Shown here: piece by piece, positions 39,902-49,922 of the stretch
How the letters are laid out: every line of letters begins with the position of its first letter
Position numbering within the stretch: the first letter of the stretch is position 1
Origin: Poseidonia sp.
Lineage (GTDB): Archaea; Thermoplasmatota; Poseidoniia; Poseidoniales; Poseidoniaceae
Assembly: GCA_965661285.1 (NCBI GenBank)
Contig: CBFIDD010000004.1
Span: 163,328-227,327 of the forward strand
Length of the DNA stretch: 64,000 bases
Reading direction: 5' to 3'
Translations under genes and position numbers: made by a program
Notes under the pieces: generated by a model
Seen by the model: only the letters and a program-made list of their open reading frames with translations
Told to the model about the DNA's origin: nothing
Database searches by the model: none

Positions 39902-41167
39902 ATGCGAAGAAACAACTCAAACCGCGGAGGCGGACGATCAGACCGCGGAGGCGGAAAAGGCAAGGCCATGAAATATGAAATTCGGGCTGATATTAAGGTG
40001 AACGGCACCGTCCAACGCAAGGACATCATTGGCGCCATTATGGGGCAAACCGAGGGTTTGCTCGGCGACGAACTTGAATTGCGAAAACTCCAACGCACGG
40101 CCCGAGTCGGCCACGTCGATGTTGAAATGGAAACCAAAAACGGCAAGGTACACGGGACCATCGTGATTCCAAGCAGCCTTGACAACGTTGAGACGGCTAT
40201 CATTGCGAGCTCGCTTGAAACCATTGACCGAATTGGCCCCTGCGACGCCATCATCAAAGTCGTTCAGATCAACGACATCCGTGCCACGAAGCGAACGGCA
40301 GTGGTCGACCGAGCCAAGGAACTTCTGCTGACCCTCGTCAATTCCGGTGAGGCTGCCTCAAAGACCGTCATCGAAGAAGTTCGCTCGGTGTTGACCGTCG
40401 GTACAGCCAAGTCCTTTCACGGACTCACGTGCGGACCGAATGTTGAATCGTCGTCTTCCCTCATCATTGTGGAAGGTCGAAACGATGTTCGAAACCTTCT
40501 CAACTGTGGCGTGAAGAACGCGATCAGCGCTGATGGTGCTGGAAACATCAAGCAGGAACTCATCGACCTTGCCAATGGAAAGGAGAGCGTGACCGTAGCC
40601 ATTGATGGCGACCGGGGTGGCGAGATGTTGTTCATGCAACTCTACGACATGATGAAAGTTGACCATGTTGCACAAGCGCCGGTTGGCCAAGAGTGGGAAT
40701 TGCTCCCTCAGAAAACCGTCACCATGTGTCTGCAGAAGAAAACCGAGGCTGCCAAATTCAAGCACCAACTCGATAAAAAGATCGCCGAGGATGAAAAGAA
40801 GTTCGGCGGCAAGAAGGACAAGGACTGGGACAAGGGCATGGACGAAGAATTCACAACGGAAGAAGCGGCCACCGCGCCCGCAGAAATTCAGGAACTCTTT
40901 GACAAAGTGGACGAAATGGGCAAGAACAAAGCCGTCATTCGTTTCGCTGACGGAACATTCTCAGATGAGATTGGACCTTCCAAGCTCGAGTCAGCGCTCA
41001 ACGAGGCTGAAGAGGCCGAAACCGTGCTGCTCAACGGCTCGGTGACCGAGAAGGTACTCAATTACGTGAACCAGTCTTCGGCGAACACCCTCGTTGGGAC
41101 AAAGGAAGGCAAGGGCTTCGAAGCATCCGACGATTTGACCGTTTGGTTTGCTGAAATTCATCGATAA
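39902..41167 (+). CDS. dnaG: Archaeal DnaG (TOPRIM; exosome-associated)
   Basis: KYEIRA...DIIGAIMGQTEGLLGDELELRKLQRTARVG, IIVEGRNDV, DGDRGG. Confidence 0.93.
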   Translation: MRRNNSNRGGGRSDRGGGKGKAMKYEIRADIKVNGTVQRKDIIGAIMGQTEGLLGDELELRKLQRTARVGHVDVEMETKNGKVHGTIVIPSSLDNVETAIIASSLETIDRIGPCDAIIKVVQINDIRATKRTAVVDRAKELLLTLVNSGEAASKTVIEEVRSVLTVGTAKSFHGLTCGPNVESSSSLIIVEGRNDVRNLLNCGVKNAISADGAGNIKQELIDLANGKESVTVAIDGDRGGEMLFMQLYDMMKVDHVAQAPVGQEWELLPQKTVTMCLQKKTEAAKFKHQLDKKIAEDEKKFGGKKDKDWDKGMDEEFTTEEAATAPAEIQELFDKVDEMGKNKAVIRFADGTFSDEIGPSKLESALNEAEEAETVLLNGSVTEKVLNYVNQSSANTLVGTKEGKGFEASDDLTVWFAEIHR

Positions 41168-41212
41168 GTGCAGAACGGTTCACTTATGTTCTTGCGCGGC
41201 TAAGACTGCGTC

Positions 41213-42388
41213 ATGGACGACGAAGCGTTCGCGCCGTGGCCAGCCGAGGACGACGAGCCTCAGGACAACACCGATGATCATCCGTCCGCCGGCATGCCCG
41301 GCCAGCCCGCAAGTGATGAGGTCGAGGCAGGAGGGCCTCAAGAAGGTGAAGACACGGCTGACGAAGCCACCACGTTGGCCAGCGAACCCTCGTCAGGCGA
41401 TGTGGAGGCAGGGCCCGAAGTCGATGAAAACGCTGCTGTTGAACCGTGGACGCTCCCCGTACGAGCGGCCCCCATTCTCGCCCTCCAAGGGGAAAACGTG
41501 GTGGAGTTCCCGTTGAGCCAACACGTCAATGGGTTGGAGTCCACTTCACTGGTTGTGGATGACAAACTCATGCGTATTGTGGAGGCACGATACGACCCCG
41601 ATGGCGTTCGACGACTCAATGTACGCATGGCTCTGGTGAAGGAACACATCTCAGGGTATTCTCATACACATCTTGACTTGTTTCAGAAACTCCAGGGCGT
41701 GTGGTGGAGTTCCATCGGTTTTGGCGTTCTTGCCGCCACCACGGTTGCTCAGGGCCTCTTAGCTCTTGGCAGCGGCGCCTTTGTGTTGGCCGGCATCGCT
41801 GGGTTATTGATGGCCAAACTCGACCTTCACCGCCTTTCCTTTTCCGACCATGGGGGGCGCCACGATTTCTACCTCTCCGGTTGGCGACAAGAGCCTTACC
41901 TGATTCACAACAGCACCGCACTTCTTGGGCCGGCTTTTGTTGAATTCCTGCGAACCTCGGAACTGGAAACCGAACACATTGATGCTGTGATCAAGGCCCT
42001 CGGAGCACCAGCGAAACCTGCACCTGAACTGCAGGTCGCTCCGAAACAAACCACGCCTGCCGCCCTACCGGAACCAACGACCCCTGCACCGCTTGCCGTA
42101 CCTACAGCAACCACAACACCTGCTCTTCCATCTCCCTCCCCAACACATGATGTCGGGTTGGTCCCGATGACCGTTTCGAGCGGCCCCCCAATTTCCAATC
42201 CGCCCGCACCCCCCACGAAGCCCTTGCCGCCCCCAACGGCTCCTGTTCAGCACGCGTCACCTCCGCCATCACTGCCCGCCGCACCGCTTCCGGCACCGCT
42301 ACCACCGGCCCCCCTTCCTCCACCGATGGCGCCTGCACCGCCGACGAGCAACGTGGATGAGGACGCTCTTTGGGACGATTTGTCCTGA
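41213..42388 (+). CDS. Membrane protein with acidic N-terminus and Pro-rich C-terminal tail
   Basis: Acidic disordered start, beta-rich domain interrupted by two TM helices, long polyproline-rich tail ending DEDALWDDLS. Confidence 0.75.
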   Translation: MDDEAFAPWPAEDDEPQDNTDDHPSAGMPGQPASDEVEAGGPQEGEDTADEATTLASEPSSGDVEAGPEVDENAAVEPWTLPVRAAPILALQGENVVEFPLSQHVNGLESTSLVVDDKLMRIVEARYDPDGVRRLNVRMALVKEHISGYSHTHLDLFQKLQGVWWSSIGFGVLAATTVAQGLLALGSGAFVLAGIAGLLMAKLDLHRLSFSDHGGRHDFYLSGWRQEPYLIHNSTALLGPAFVEFLRTSELETEHIDAVIKALGAPAKPAPELQVAPKQTTPAALPEPTTPAPLAVPTATTTPALPSPSPTHDVGLVPMTVSSGPPISNPPAPPTKPLPPPTAPVQHASPPPSLPAAPLPAPLPPAPLPPPMAPAPPTSNVDEDALWDDLS

Positions 42389-45283
42389 TCAGGCTTTGAC
42401 GCCACCAGCGGACGGTAAGTTCACGCTTTGGGCTAATTTTTTGATTTCATCCGAAAGTCCGGCCAATTCTCTTGGCAGTGGCCAATCGTCCTTCTCCAGT
42501 GGTACGTGCCGGCCTAGGCCAGGGATACGTTCCAACGCCGTTCCCAGTTCAATCGCATCAGCGAGAAAGTCTCCCTTTGCACCGGAATGCCGGGCTTCCA
42601 ACCGTCGCCGCATCCAGCGCTTGAGCGGCGCGACCAGTTGGGTCAACTCGGTCAACATCCGGGCCCGCTCACCGTCGCCCGTGTTCCCTTCCGGAAGGAG
42701 CCTGAGGCTGAGGCGTAGCAATCGGCCAACTCGGACATCCCGCGGCGTGATATTGACGTGCTGGGCCAAACCTCTTCGGACCTCGGGGAGGGCGTTCATG
42801 CCCTGCTGCGCCACTTTATTTGCAAGGTCATTCAAGCCCAAAAGGGCGACGAGCTCCCTCAAAACATCCAATGCTCGTTGGGTTGCTCTATCCGAAGACA
42901 TCACCTCTACAGCCTCCGGCTCAACGACAACGCTCTCCGTGCTGGCCACACTTGCGGATGGCGCATCAACCGCTGGCTCGATATCTTCTTCAGGTTGGAT
43001 CTCGCCAACAACCCCTTCAACGGGCGCAGTCACTGCTGGAGATTCTGATAACGAGGTTGCGTCCTCTTGCTTTTCCAACGCCCGCTCCTCCCGTTCGCGC
43101 CACCCACGCCAACGCTCAACAGACCATTTGTCATCGGCAAAAAATTCCTCATCCGACACACCATCATCGTGCAGATGCTTTGTGTCTGGGTGCCGCACCT
43201 CTTCTTCCGCTGATTCGATTGGGCGCCCCGTGTTGTTGTGCGCGGGTTCTGTCTCTTCAGCATCCGTCGCAGGTTTGTGATCCATGGCTTCCAGCATGGC
43301 TTCATGGGCGTCTTCGAGGGTTGTTGCAGGTTGGAGCACCGGGCGATCGGCGTGTTCAGGAATGGGAACCAGGGTCGGGCGAGTTTGTTCAGGTTGCCAC
43401 AGGTGGAGTCGATACGCAGGGTCCTCGACAGGACGACCTGCCAAGTGGGCGGTGAATTGCGGAATGGCTCGGTTGAGACTTTCGAGTCGTCCCGGCTCTT
43501 TGATGTGCATCTCCACTTCCAAACCCAACGCAACATCTCGTTCCCAAGGAAGAACGGACAGACGCCGGCGTAGCAACTCGTGATGCTCCAGATGCGGGCG
43601 AGCGGAACTCAACTCCTTTGCAACCCGAACGGGGTCGTGCTTGACCAACTCCATCCATCCATGGACGGACCACCCTGCTCGCATGAGTTCAGTCAGCTCT
43701 CGAACAAGTGGATCTTGGAGGCGCATCGCAGCGACGGAGGCAGCATGAGCGGGGCGAGCGGACCCCCCTGAACGCGTCAATTCAGCGACATGATGCTCCA
43801 ATTCACGGAGGTTCATTCGGTCCGTCCTTGGTTCTCTTTCAAGGACACCGGATTGCCGCATGGCCGCTAATTCTTGGTCCAACATGAGGCGGTGACGTTC
43901 GTTTCTTCGGTTGGTCCTCTCAACATAGGCTTCCATTTCTTCAAGCACATCGTCATGAAGGTCTTCCGAAGCCACCACTTGTCGGCGCATCTCGATGTCG
44001 TCCCCGCCAGAAAAGGATGTATCCACGCTGTCAAAGGCATTCATCAGGCGCACACGGCGGTCCCATCGATGGCGTTCTGCGGTCATTCGCTCCAAGGTGT
44101 TCAGCGGGTCCTCGAACACGCGTTGTTGCCAGGCTGCTACAGCCAGCCCAGCGTTTTCGTAGAATTGAAGCAACTCCAACCCGTCAAGTTCAAGTTGTTT
44201 CCACAACGCGTCGAACTCATCAACGACGTCTTGCAATTCATCGGTTCTTTCGAGATGACCGATGAGCGGCGTCGATGCCTTCACCCTTGATGGCCAATAT
44301 CGGGCGAAACGTTTCCATCGTTCGACCAATTCCAGATGCCGCTGAACGGAGGCTTCGATGGTCTCGTGATTCGCTTCCCACTGCATCAGGTCACTGGGTT
44401 GCAGGTCGCCTTCATGAGGGAACACAATGCCTTGCCTTCTCCACTCGCGAACTCGGTCAGAAAACACCTGCCTGCGTTGTTCAAGGGCTTGGGCAAGGTC
44501 GTGCACTTCTCGGGACAGGTCGTCCAACGCCTGGTCGTCCTCGTTATCCATGAGTTGACTGCACCGCAACGCAAACTCGGATGCAAGAGCCGGGTCAAAC
44601 GGTTGAATCATGTGGACGGCATTCAGCCTTACCTGCTCTTTTTTCCCGTGAAATTGTTGCCAACGTTCGAGGTGATGAAGTGCTTCGAGGAGCGGCCATT
44701 CCATCACGTCCTCTACGGCATAACCGAGCAAACGCAAATGCTCTGCTCCCGATTGAATCATGGCTCGTTGTCGTCGTTCATCGGTTTCGACCAGTTCGAG
44801 ATGACGAACGAGTTCATCTGCGTGAATTGGGGAGGCGAAGAGTCTGTGAAGTGGAGCGATAGCAGCATGACTCGAAACATCAAGCGCTGCAAGTCGTTTG
44901 TAAAACATGGACCAAACATCGCCCTGCTCCTCACCGAACCATGCTGTCTTGCTCTTGTTCATCGGAGGCTCCCAGGGTGCGACACGATGAAACGCACGCT
45001 CGAGTTCAAGCGCAACGGCCTCGACAGAGAACGGGTCACCCAGTTGGGTTTTGTAGGCTTCAATCGCTGATGCATCCACGGATGAATGTTGACAGAAGGC
45101 AACGATGCGGTCTTCGAGTACAGATGCCGTTTCTCTGCGCTCTTCAAGCCACATCAGACGTTCGCTCATCGCACTGTCGTGTTCAGCGAGGAAGCCTTCA
45201 ATCTCAGCGCGTTGGAAACCGAACTGCACGAGTGATTCGACGCGTGCTCCAACAGCGTCCGACTCCACCTCTACGCCGCTCAT
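42389..45283 (-). CDS. Large all-helical / coiled-coil hypothetical protein (964 aa)
   Basis: Long uninterrupted ORF rich in E/L/R/W helices, with an acidic disordered linker before a C-terminal helical domain. Confidence 0.8.
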   Translation of the reverse strand: MSGVEVESDAVGARVESLVQFGFQRAEIEGFLAEHDSAMSERLMWLEERRETASVLEDRIVAFCQHSSVDASAIEAYKTQLGDPFSVEAVALELERAFHRVAPWEPPMNKSKTAWFGEEQGDVWSMFYKRLAALDVSSHAAIAPLHRLFASPIHADELVRHLELVETDERRQRAMIQSGAEHLRLLGYAVEDVMEWPLLEALHHLERWQQFHGKKEQVRLNAVHMIQPFDPALASEFALRCSQLMDNEDDQALDDLSREVHDLAQALEQRRQVFSDRVREWRRQGIVFPHEGDLQPSDLMQWEANHETIEASVQRHLELVERWKRFARYWPSRVKASTPLIGHLERTDELQDVVDEFDALWKQLELDGLELLQFYENAGLAVAAWQQRVFEDPLNTLERMTAERHRWDRRVRLMNAFDSVDTSFSGGDDIEMRRQVVASEDLHDDVLEEMEAYVERTNRRNERHRLMLDQELAAMRQSGVLEREPRTDRMNLRELEHHVAELTRSGGSARPAHAASVAAMRLQDPLVRELTELMRAGWSVHGWMELVKHDPVRVAKELSSARPHLEHHELLRRRLSVLPWERDVALGLEVEMHIKEPGRLESLNRAIPQFTAHLAGRPVEDPAYRLHLWQPEQTRPTLVPIPEHADRPVLQPATTLEDAHEAMLEAMDHKPATDAEETEPAHNNTGRPIESAEEEVRHPDTKHLHDDGVSDEEFFADDKWSVERWRGWREREERALEKQEDATSLSESPAVTAPVEGVVGEIQPEEDIEPAVDAPSASVASTESVVVEPEAVEVMSSDRATQRALDVLRELVALLGLNDLANKVAQQGMNALPEVRRGLAQHVNITPRDVRVGRLLRLSLRLLPEGNTGDGERARMLTELTQLVAPLKRWMRRRLEARHSGAKGDFLADAIELGTALERIPGLGRHVPLEKDDWPLPRELAGLSDEIKKLAQSVNLPSAGGVKA

Positions 45284-45462
45284 CGGTCCTCGTCAACAAC
45301 ACGGTGGCGGGAGGGCTTTCAATATGAGCGGTTCAAACGGCTAAATTCGCCCATCTTGCAGCATCTCTTTGCCGACGGCTCATCAGCAAGGGGGGAGAAA
45401 CGAGCCTCTTGCCCCCCGATTCTTCCGCAGACCATAAAGGCGAATTGGACCGCTGAGGAACA

Positions 45463-47751
45463 ATGAGTCTGCTCGTTATTGGTTTAGGAACTCTTTCTGT
45501 TGGCGTGGTCGGTGGCATTGGCTATTGGATGGTCAAGGCCAACCAAAAGATGGTTCGATTGCTCGATATGCAAACGCTGCTTCGAGAATCGCAGTCAACG
45601 CATTTCCATCATCTCAACATCGCCACGGAAGGTGTCATCTCTGACTTGAACGCCCTCCAAACAACGCTTGAGGCGTTGCGAGCGACCCACCCCGACATCG
45701 ATGCATCAATGGCCGTTCACCAGTTCCTTCAAACCTATGAAACGGACCAATCCCGCCTCATCGATGTTCAAGAGGCATGCAAGGTCTTGCAGTCCATCGT
45801 TCAACACCAACCCGTCGACGGCGAGGCCTCGGGTAACCTCTCCGTGGTCCATGCGTCTCTTTTGCGACGATTGCTGACCGTTCTTGACCACCATCAGCTG
45901 ACCATCACTGCCTTGCACATGGACGGAGATACGGCTCACCGCTTGGGTCTGGCCGCCTCCTCTCTCCAACGTTATGATTGGGCTGAAAGCGCCTTGGGTG
46001 TCGCCTACCAACTCTCTCCCGGTCAGTCAAGTGTTCTCGAAGGACTGGAACACATCGCTCGATTGCGAGGGGACGACGCTCTTTACCGACATTGGCTTGA
46101 GGCTCGGATGAAGATTACACCCGACGATCCCGAACTGCTCCGCTCGCATGCACACCTGCTTGCCTCCCTTGGCGATGAGGAGGCAGAGCACGCCGTTCGT
46201 CGCCTTGAAGCACTGGGCGTTGACACTGCGGCGGACCGCTCACTCCTTTCGGGGTTGCGGGCCCGCGCGGGTGCGCGAACAGAAGCCATCGAAGCGATTC
46301 TCCAAGCGCTCGAAGAGGACCCAAACCGTTCGGATGATTGGCTACACTACGCACAGTTGCTTGAAGACGAAGGTGAGTTTGAAGTGGCCCTCGAAGCCAA
46401 CGAACGCTGCTTGACGCTCGACCGTCAAAACGGCGAGGCTTGGGCGCTCAAAGCCCGTCTCTTGTCCAAGAAACAAGGGCATGTCCGAGAGGCGCTCAAG
46501 GCCGCTACCCACGCCGTTGCCTTGGAAGCGGGTGGCGTAGATGCGATCTTCCTCAAATCCGAACTCCTCGAGGTTGAGGGTTCTGCAGTGGCTGCCGAAG
46601 AGACCCTCCTCAAGGCCTTGAACGCACAGCCCCACAACGGCGAATTGCGCGCTCGTATCGCTGGTCGGTATCTCCTGCAGCATCGGGTCGATGAGGCATC
46701 CGACCTGCTTTCGGCCACACCCGACGGCATCGACCACGCCCTCCTCCATACCGTTGAGGGCCGTCTTCACCTTGCCCACGCTGACCGCCTGCGAGATGGA
46801 ACCGGCCTCACCGATGAGAATTTGCTTGAGGCCGCGCTCAGTGCATTCAACGGTGCGCTGGCTCTCAACCGGGAACTCGATGTCGCTTGGCTTGGTCTCG
46901 CACGGACGCAGCGCATGCTGGGCGATACGACTACAGCAAGCGAGTCCCTTGACCGCGCGGCCAGATTGAGCAACCAAAACGATCCGTCCATCGCCTGCGA
47001 AGCAGCGTTGCTGGCTCTTGACAACGGCGACCTTCAATCGGCATCGTTGCATGTCGATGCAGCGGAGGTGCACGGACAGAAAGCCACAACAGCCTACATC
47101 CGAGGAAATATCGCTGCTGTGAAAGGGCAACTGAAGCAGGCGCTGTATCACTACAGTGACTGTCTTACCCTCGACCCCAGCCACATCCGTGCACGGTTGA
47201 ATCGCTCCTCTGTCTACATGGGTCTTGACGAAGCCAGAAAAGCGCTCGACGATGCGGAAGCCCTGCTCGACCTCGCACCCCAACTCGCCGTGGCACGGGT
47301 GCGTAAAGCCGACGCACACATGCACCTCGCAGAATGGGAAGCGGCTTCAAAAGAATTCAAACACGTGCTCGAACATGCTCCACATCACACCCACGCACTC
47401 ACACAATTGGCGGCGTGCTACATGGGTATGGACCGTGCCGAGCGTGCGGAAGGACCGCTGAACGAAGCCCTTCGACAATCCCCCGACCACGCACCCGCCT
47501 GGCATCAGCGAGGTCTGTATTACATGCATTTCAACAACATCGAAAACGCTCTTTCTGATTTCGAGGCTGCAGTTCGTTGTGATGGCCACCATTTGGACGC
47601 TCGCCTGCAAATCGCCGCCCACCACCACGGTCTCGGGAACATGGAAGAGGCGGAAACAGCATGGAAAGCCATCTTGAGCATCGACCCTGAACACCAATTG
47701 GCAAAAACTCGGTTGCAAGCGTGCGAGAAAAACTTGATGAAAAGCGCATGA
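45463..47751 (+). CDS. N-terminally anchored TPR-repeat protein
   Basis: N-terminal TM helix; many TPR-like units (e.g. ALYHYSDCLTLDPSHIRARLNR, AWHQRGLYY, AWKAILSIDPEHQLA). Confidence 0.88.
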   Translation: MSLLVIGLGTLSVGVVGGIGYWMVKANQKMVRLLDMQTLLRESQSTHFHHLNIATEGVISDLNALQTTLEALRATHPDIDASMAVHQFLQTYETDQSRLIDVQEACKVLQSIVQHQPVDGEASGNLSVVHASLLRRLLTVLDHHQLTITALHMDGDTAHRLGLAASSLQRYDWAESALGVAYQLSPGQSSVLEGLEHIARLRGDDALYRHWLEARMKITPDDPELLRSHAHLLASLGDEEAEHAVRRLEALGVDTAADRSLLSGLRARAGARTEAIEAILQALEEDPNRSDDWLHYAQLLEDEGEFEVALEANERCLTLDRQNGEAWALKARLLSKKQGHVREALKAATHAVALEAGGVDAIFLKSELLEVEGSAVAAEETLLKALNAQPHNGELRARIAGRYLLQHRVDEASDLLSATPDGIDHALLHTVEGRLHLAHADRLRDGTGLTDENLLEAALSAFNGALALNRELDVAWLGLARTQRMLGDTTTASESLDRAARLSNQNDPSIACEAALLALDNGDLQSASLHVDAAEVHGQKATTAYIRGNIAAVKGQLKQALYHYSDCLTLDPSHIRARLNRSSVYMGLDEARKALDDAEALLDLAPQLAVARVRKADAHMHLAEWEAASKEFKHVLEHAPHHTHALTQLAACYMGMDRAERAEGPLNEALRQSPDHAPAWHQRGLYYMHFNNIENALSDFEAAVRCDGHHLDARLQIAAHHHGLGNMEEAETAWKAILSIDPEHQLAKTRLQACEKNLMKSA

Positions 47752-47780
47752 CCACCAACGCCTGAAGGGAGGGGTGTTGA

Positions 47781-48806
47781 TTGACCGAAGTCAAAGAGTT
47801 GAATCTGACAGAAATCCTCACAGCCCTTCAGGATTTCATGACCCAAGACGGGGCCATATCGAACGAGCAGCGAGAATTTTACAGGATTTTCTCTCAACAC
47901 CTCCGAGAGCACGATGGCGTGTTTACCGTCGAGGATATTGAGAATCTTTTGATGCTTGGAAAAAAAGACGTCCCCGACCTGTTGGACGAGGAATTTTTCA
48001 AGATGGGCGAGGCTATTTTGACCCGCTATCGAAACAAAAACGAAGATGCACTCAACGAGCGCATTCGTCGTTTGGCGGAAGAAGAGGCTCGTAAGCGTGC
48101 GCTCGCCGAAGAAGAACGAAAGAAGCGGGAAGAAGAGGAGCGCCTTGCTGAAGAGGCCCGCCTCGCCGAAGAGGCCCGCCTTGCCGAAGAGGAGCGCCTT
48201 GCTGAAGAGGCCCGCCTCGCCGAAGAGGCCCGCCTTGCCGAAGAGGAGCGACTGGCCGAGGAAGCCCGACTTGCTGAGGAAGCCAGGCTGGCTGAAGAGG
48301 CCCGACTCGCTGAGGAGGCTCGCTTAGCAGCAGAGGCTCGTCTTGCGGAAGAAGCTCGTTTGGCCGAAGAGGCCCGACTCGCCGAGGAAGCCCGCTTGGC
48401 AGAAGAGGCCCGACTCGCCGAGGAAGCCCGCTTGGCAGAAGAAGCTCGCTTAGCCGAAGAGGCTCGCCTTGCGGAGGAAGCCCGGTTAGCCGAAGAGGCC
48501 CGACTCGCTGAGGAGGCTCGTTTGGCTGAAGAGGCCCGACTCGCAGAGGAAGCTCGCTTAGCCGAAGAGGCTCGCCTTGCAGAGGAAGCCCGGATAAAAG
48601 CCGAGTTGGAAGCGGAAGCTCAGGCAAAACAAGCGTATTGGGACAATCAAGAACTTCCGGCAGACGAACCAAAAATTGTCCCCGATCTCCCCGCCGACGC
48701 TGCACCCATCGCTGCCGAAGGAGGTCGCTCTGGAGGCGTCGTGTTGAAACTCTTGGTCGGCACCGTTCTCCTCCTCGGTGCTGGTGCAGCCTTCTTCCTT
48801 TTGTGA
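47781..48806 (+). CDS. Tail-anchored protein with long (EEARLA)n charged helical rod
   Basis: TTG start after SD-like GGAGGGGTG; small helical head, about 26 hexapeptide repeats, C-terminal TM helix. Confidence 0.8.
   Translation: MTEVKELNLTEILTALQDFMTQDGAISNEQREFYRIFSQHLREHDGVFTVEDIENLLMLGKKDVPDLLDEEFFKMGEAILTRYRNKNEDALNERIRRLAEEEARKRALAEEERKKREEEERLAEEARLAEEARLAEEERLAEEARLAEEARLAEEERLAEEARLAEEARLAEEARLAEEARLAAEARLAEEARLAEEARLAEEARLAEEARLAEEARLAEEARLAEEARLAEEARLAEEARLAEEARLAEEARLAEEARLAEEARLAEEARIKAELEAEAQAKQAYWDNQELPADEPKIVPDLPADAAPIAAEGGRSGGVVLKLLVGTVLLLGAGAAFFLL
48132..48596 (+). repeat. About 26 x 18-bp coding tandem repeat (EEARLA/EEERLA)
   Basis: Arg codons recur every 18 nt from 48141 to 48591; first two 54-bp blocks (48132-48239) are identical; later copies vary mostly at synonymous sites. 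Confidence 0.95.
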
Positions 48807-48854
48807 GCGGGGCGGAAGCAAGCCATTTTGAGCGATGAGCGATGAGGATCGTCC

Positions 48855-49397
48855 ATGCCTCTCTCATCCGGTGACGTTGCTCCAGCCTTCGAACTGCCCA
48901 ACGCCAATGCGAACGTGGGCTCTGCAACCTTGACCTTTTCGGATGCAAAAGGAGAACACGGAACGGTTGTTCTGTTTGAGTGCAATCACTGCCCCTACGT
49001 CGTTGCAAGCGTGGGTCGAATCAACGCCATGGCAGCGACCTGTCTTGACAATGGGATCGGCTTTGTTGGCATCAATTCCAACGACCCTATCGTTTACGAA
49101 AACGACTCCTTTGAGCACATGGTCAAACGCGCCGAAGGCGGAATGCCTTATGCGTACCTTCACGACTCCACGCAAACGGTCGCCCGTGCCTACGACGCGA
49201 AGCGAACGCCCGAATTCTTCCTCTTTGATGCCGATGACCGCCTGGTCTATCAGGGAAGAATGGACGACAGCCCTCGAAATCCGAACGACGTTTCAACATC
49301 CGAGTTGGCCGATGCTATCGATGCCATGCTGAAGGGCGAAGCACCAGCGGTTGACTACACCGACTCCATCGGATGCTCTGTAAAATGGAAGGCGTGA
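48855..49397 (+). CDS. Thioredoxin-fold AhpC/TSA/redoxin family protein
   Basis: GDVAPAFELP, FECNHCPYV, INSND, RTPEFFLFD, YQGRMDD, SIGCSVKWK. Confidence 0.9.
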   Translation: MPLSSGDVAPAFELPNANANVGSATLTFSDAKGEHGTVVLFECNHCPYVVASVGRINAMAATCLDNGIGFVGINSNDPIVYENDSFEHMVKRAEGGMPYAYLHDSTQTVARAYDAKRTPEFFLFDADDRLVYQGRMDDSPRNPNDVSTSELADAIDAMLKGEAPAVDYTDSIGCSVKWKA

Positions 49398-49499
49398 GCA
49401 AGCATGACCGGTTGCCGTCGTCAGTGCGATTGGGATGATAACATGGTGTGCCGCTCGTGCGGTATCGATTATTCTCCGCCATCTGAAGAAGAGTGAACT

Positions 49500-49922
49500 T
49501 CAGTATTGTTCCAACACCAATTCGGTGGTGGTGCTTGCGATTTCGTTGGGGGCAGCCAGCCACATCTTATCCAGCAGTGCACGCAAAGCCATGGTATCGT
49601 CCACGTGGACCAAGGCGACAAGGTCGGCTTCCCCCGAGACCTCGTAGACGATTTCAATGCCTTCCCACCCGGTGACTTCACTTGCAAACGAACCGATTTC
49701 GGAACCAGGTGCGACTTTGATTCGGACCAGAGCCGTCAAACCGACGCCTCCTTCACGGATGGTATAGCCTCGAATGGTGCCGTTTTCTTCCATGTTCCGG
49801 ATGTGGGTTCGCACCGTTCGCTCGCTTGCCTCAACTTTTGAAGCGAGGTCCACGTAGGACATGCGTCCGTTTTTTCGGAGTTGGGCAAGGATGGCTCGGT
49901 CGATTTCTGCAATGCGAGGCAT
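49500..49922 (-). CDS. Lrp/AsnC-family transcriptional regulator
   Basis: IDRAILAQLRKNGRMSYVDLA...ERTVRTHIRNMEENGTIRGY HTH plus RAM domain (YEVSGEADL). Confidence 0.92.
   Translation of the reverse strand: MPRIAEIDRAILAQLRKNGRMSYVDLASKVEASERTVRTHIRNMEENGTIRGYTIREGGVGLTALVRIKVAPGSEIGSFASEVTGWEGIEIVYEVSGEADLVALVHVDDTMALRALLDKMWLAAPNEIASTTTELVLEQY

Noticed and set aside
48132-48596. CRISPR array
   Set aside because: Repeats are contiguous 18-mers without unique spacers, stay in frame and vary mainly at synonymous positions; no cas genes.
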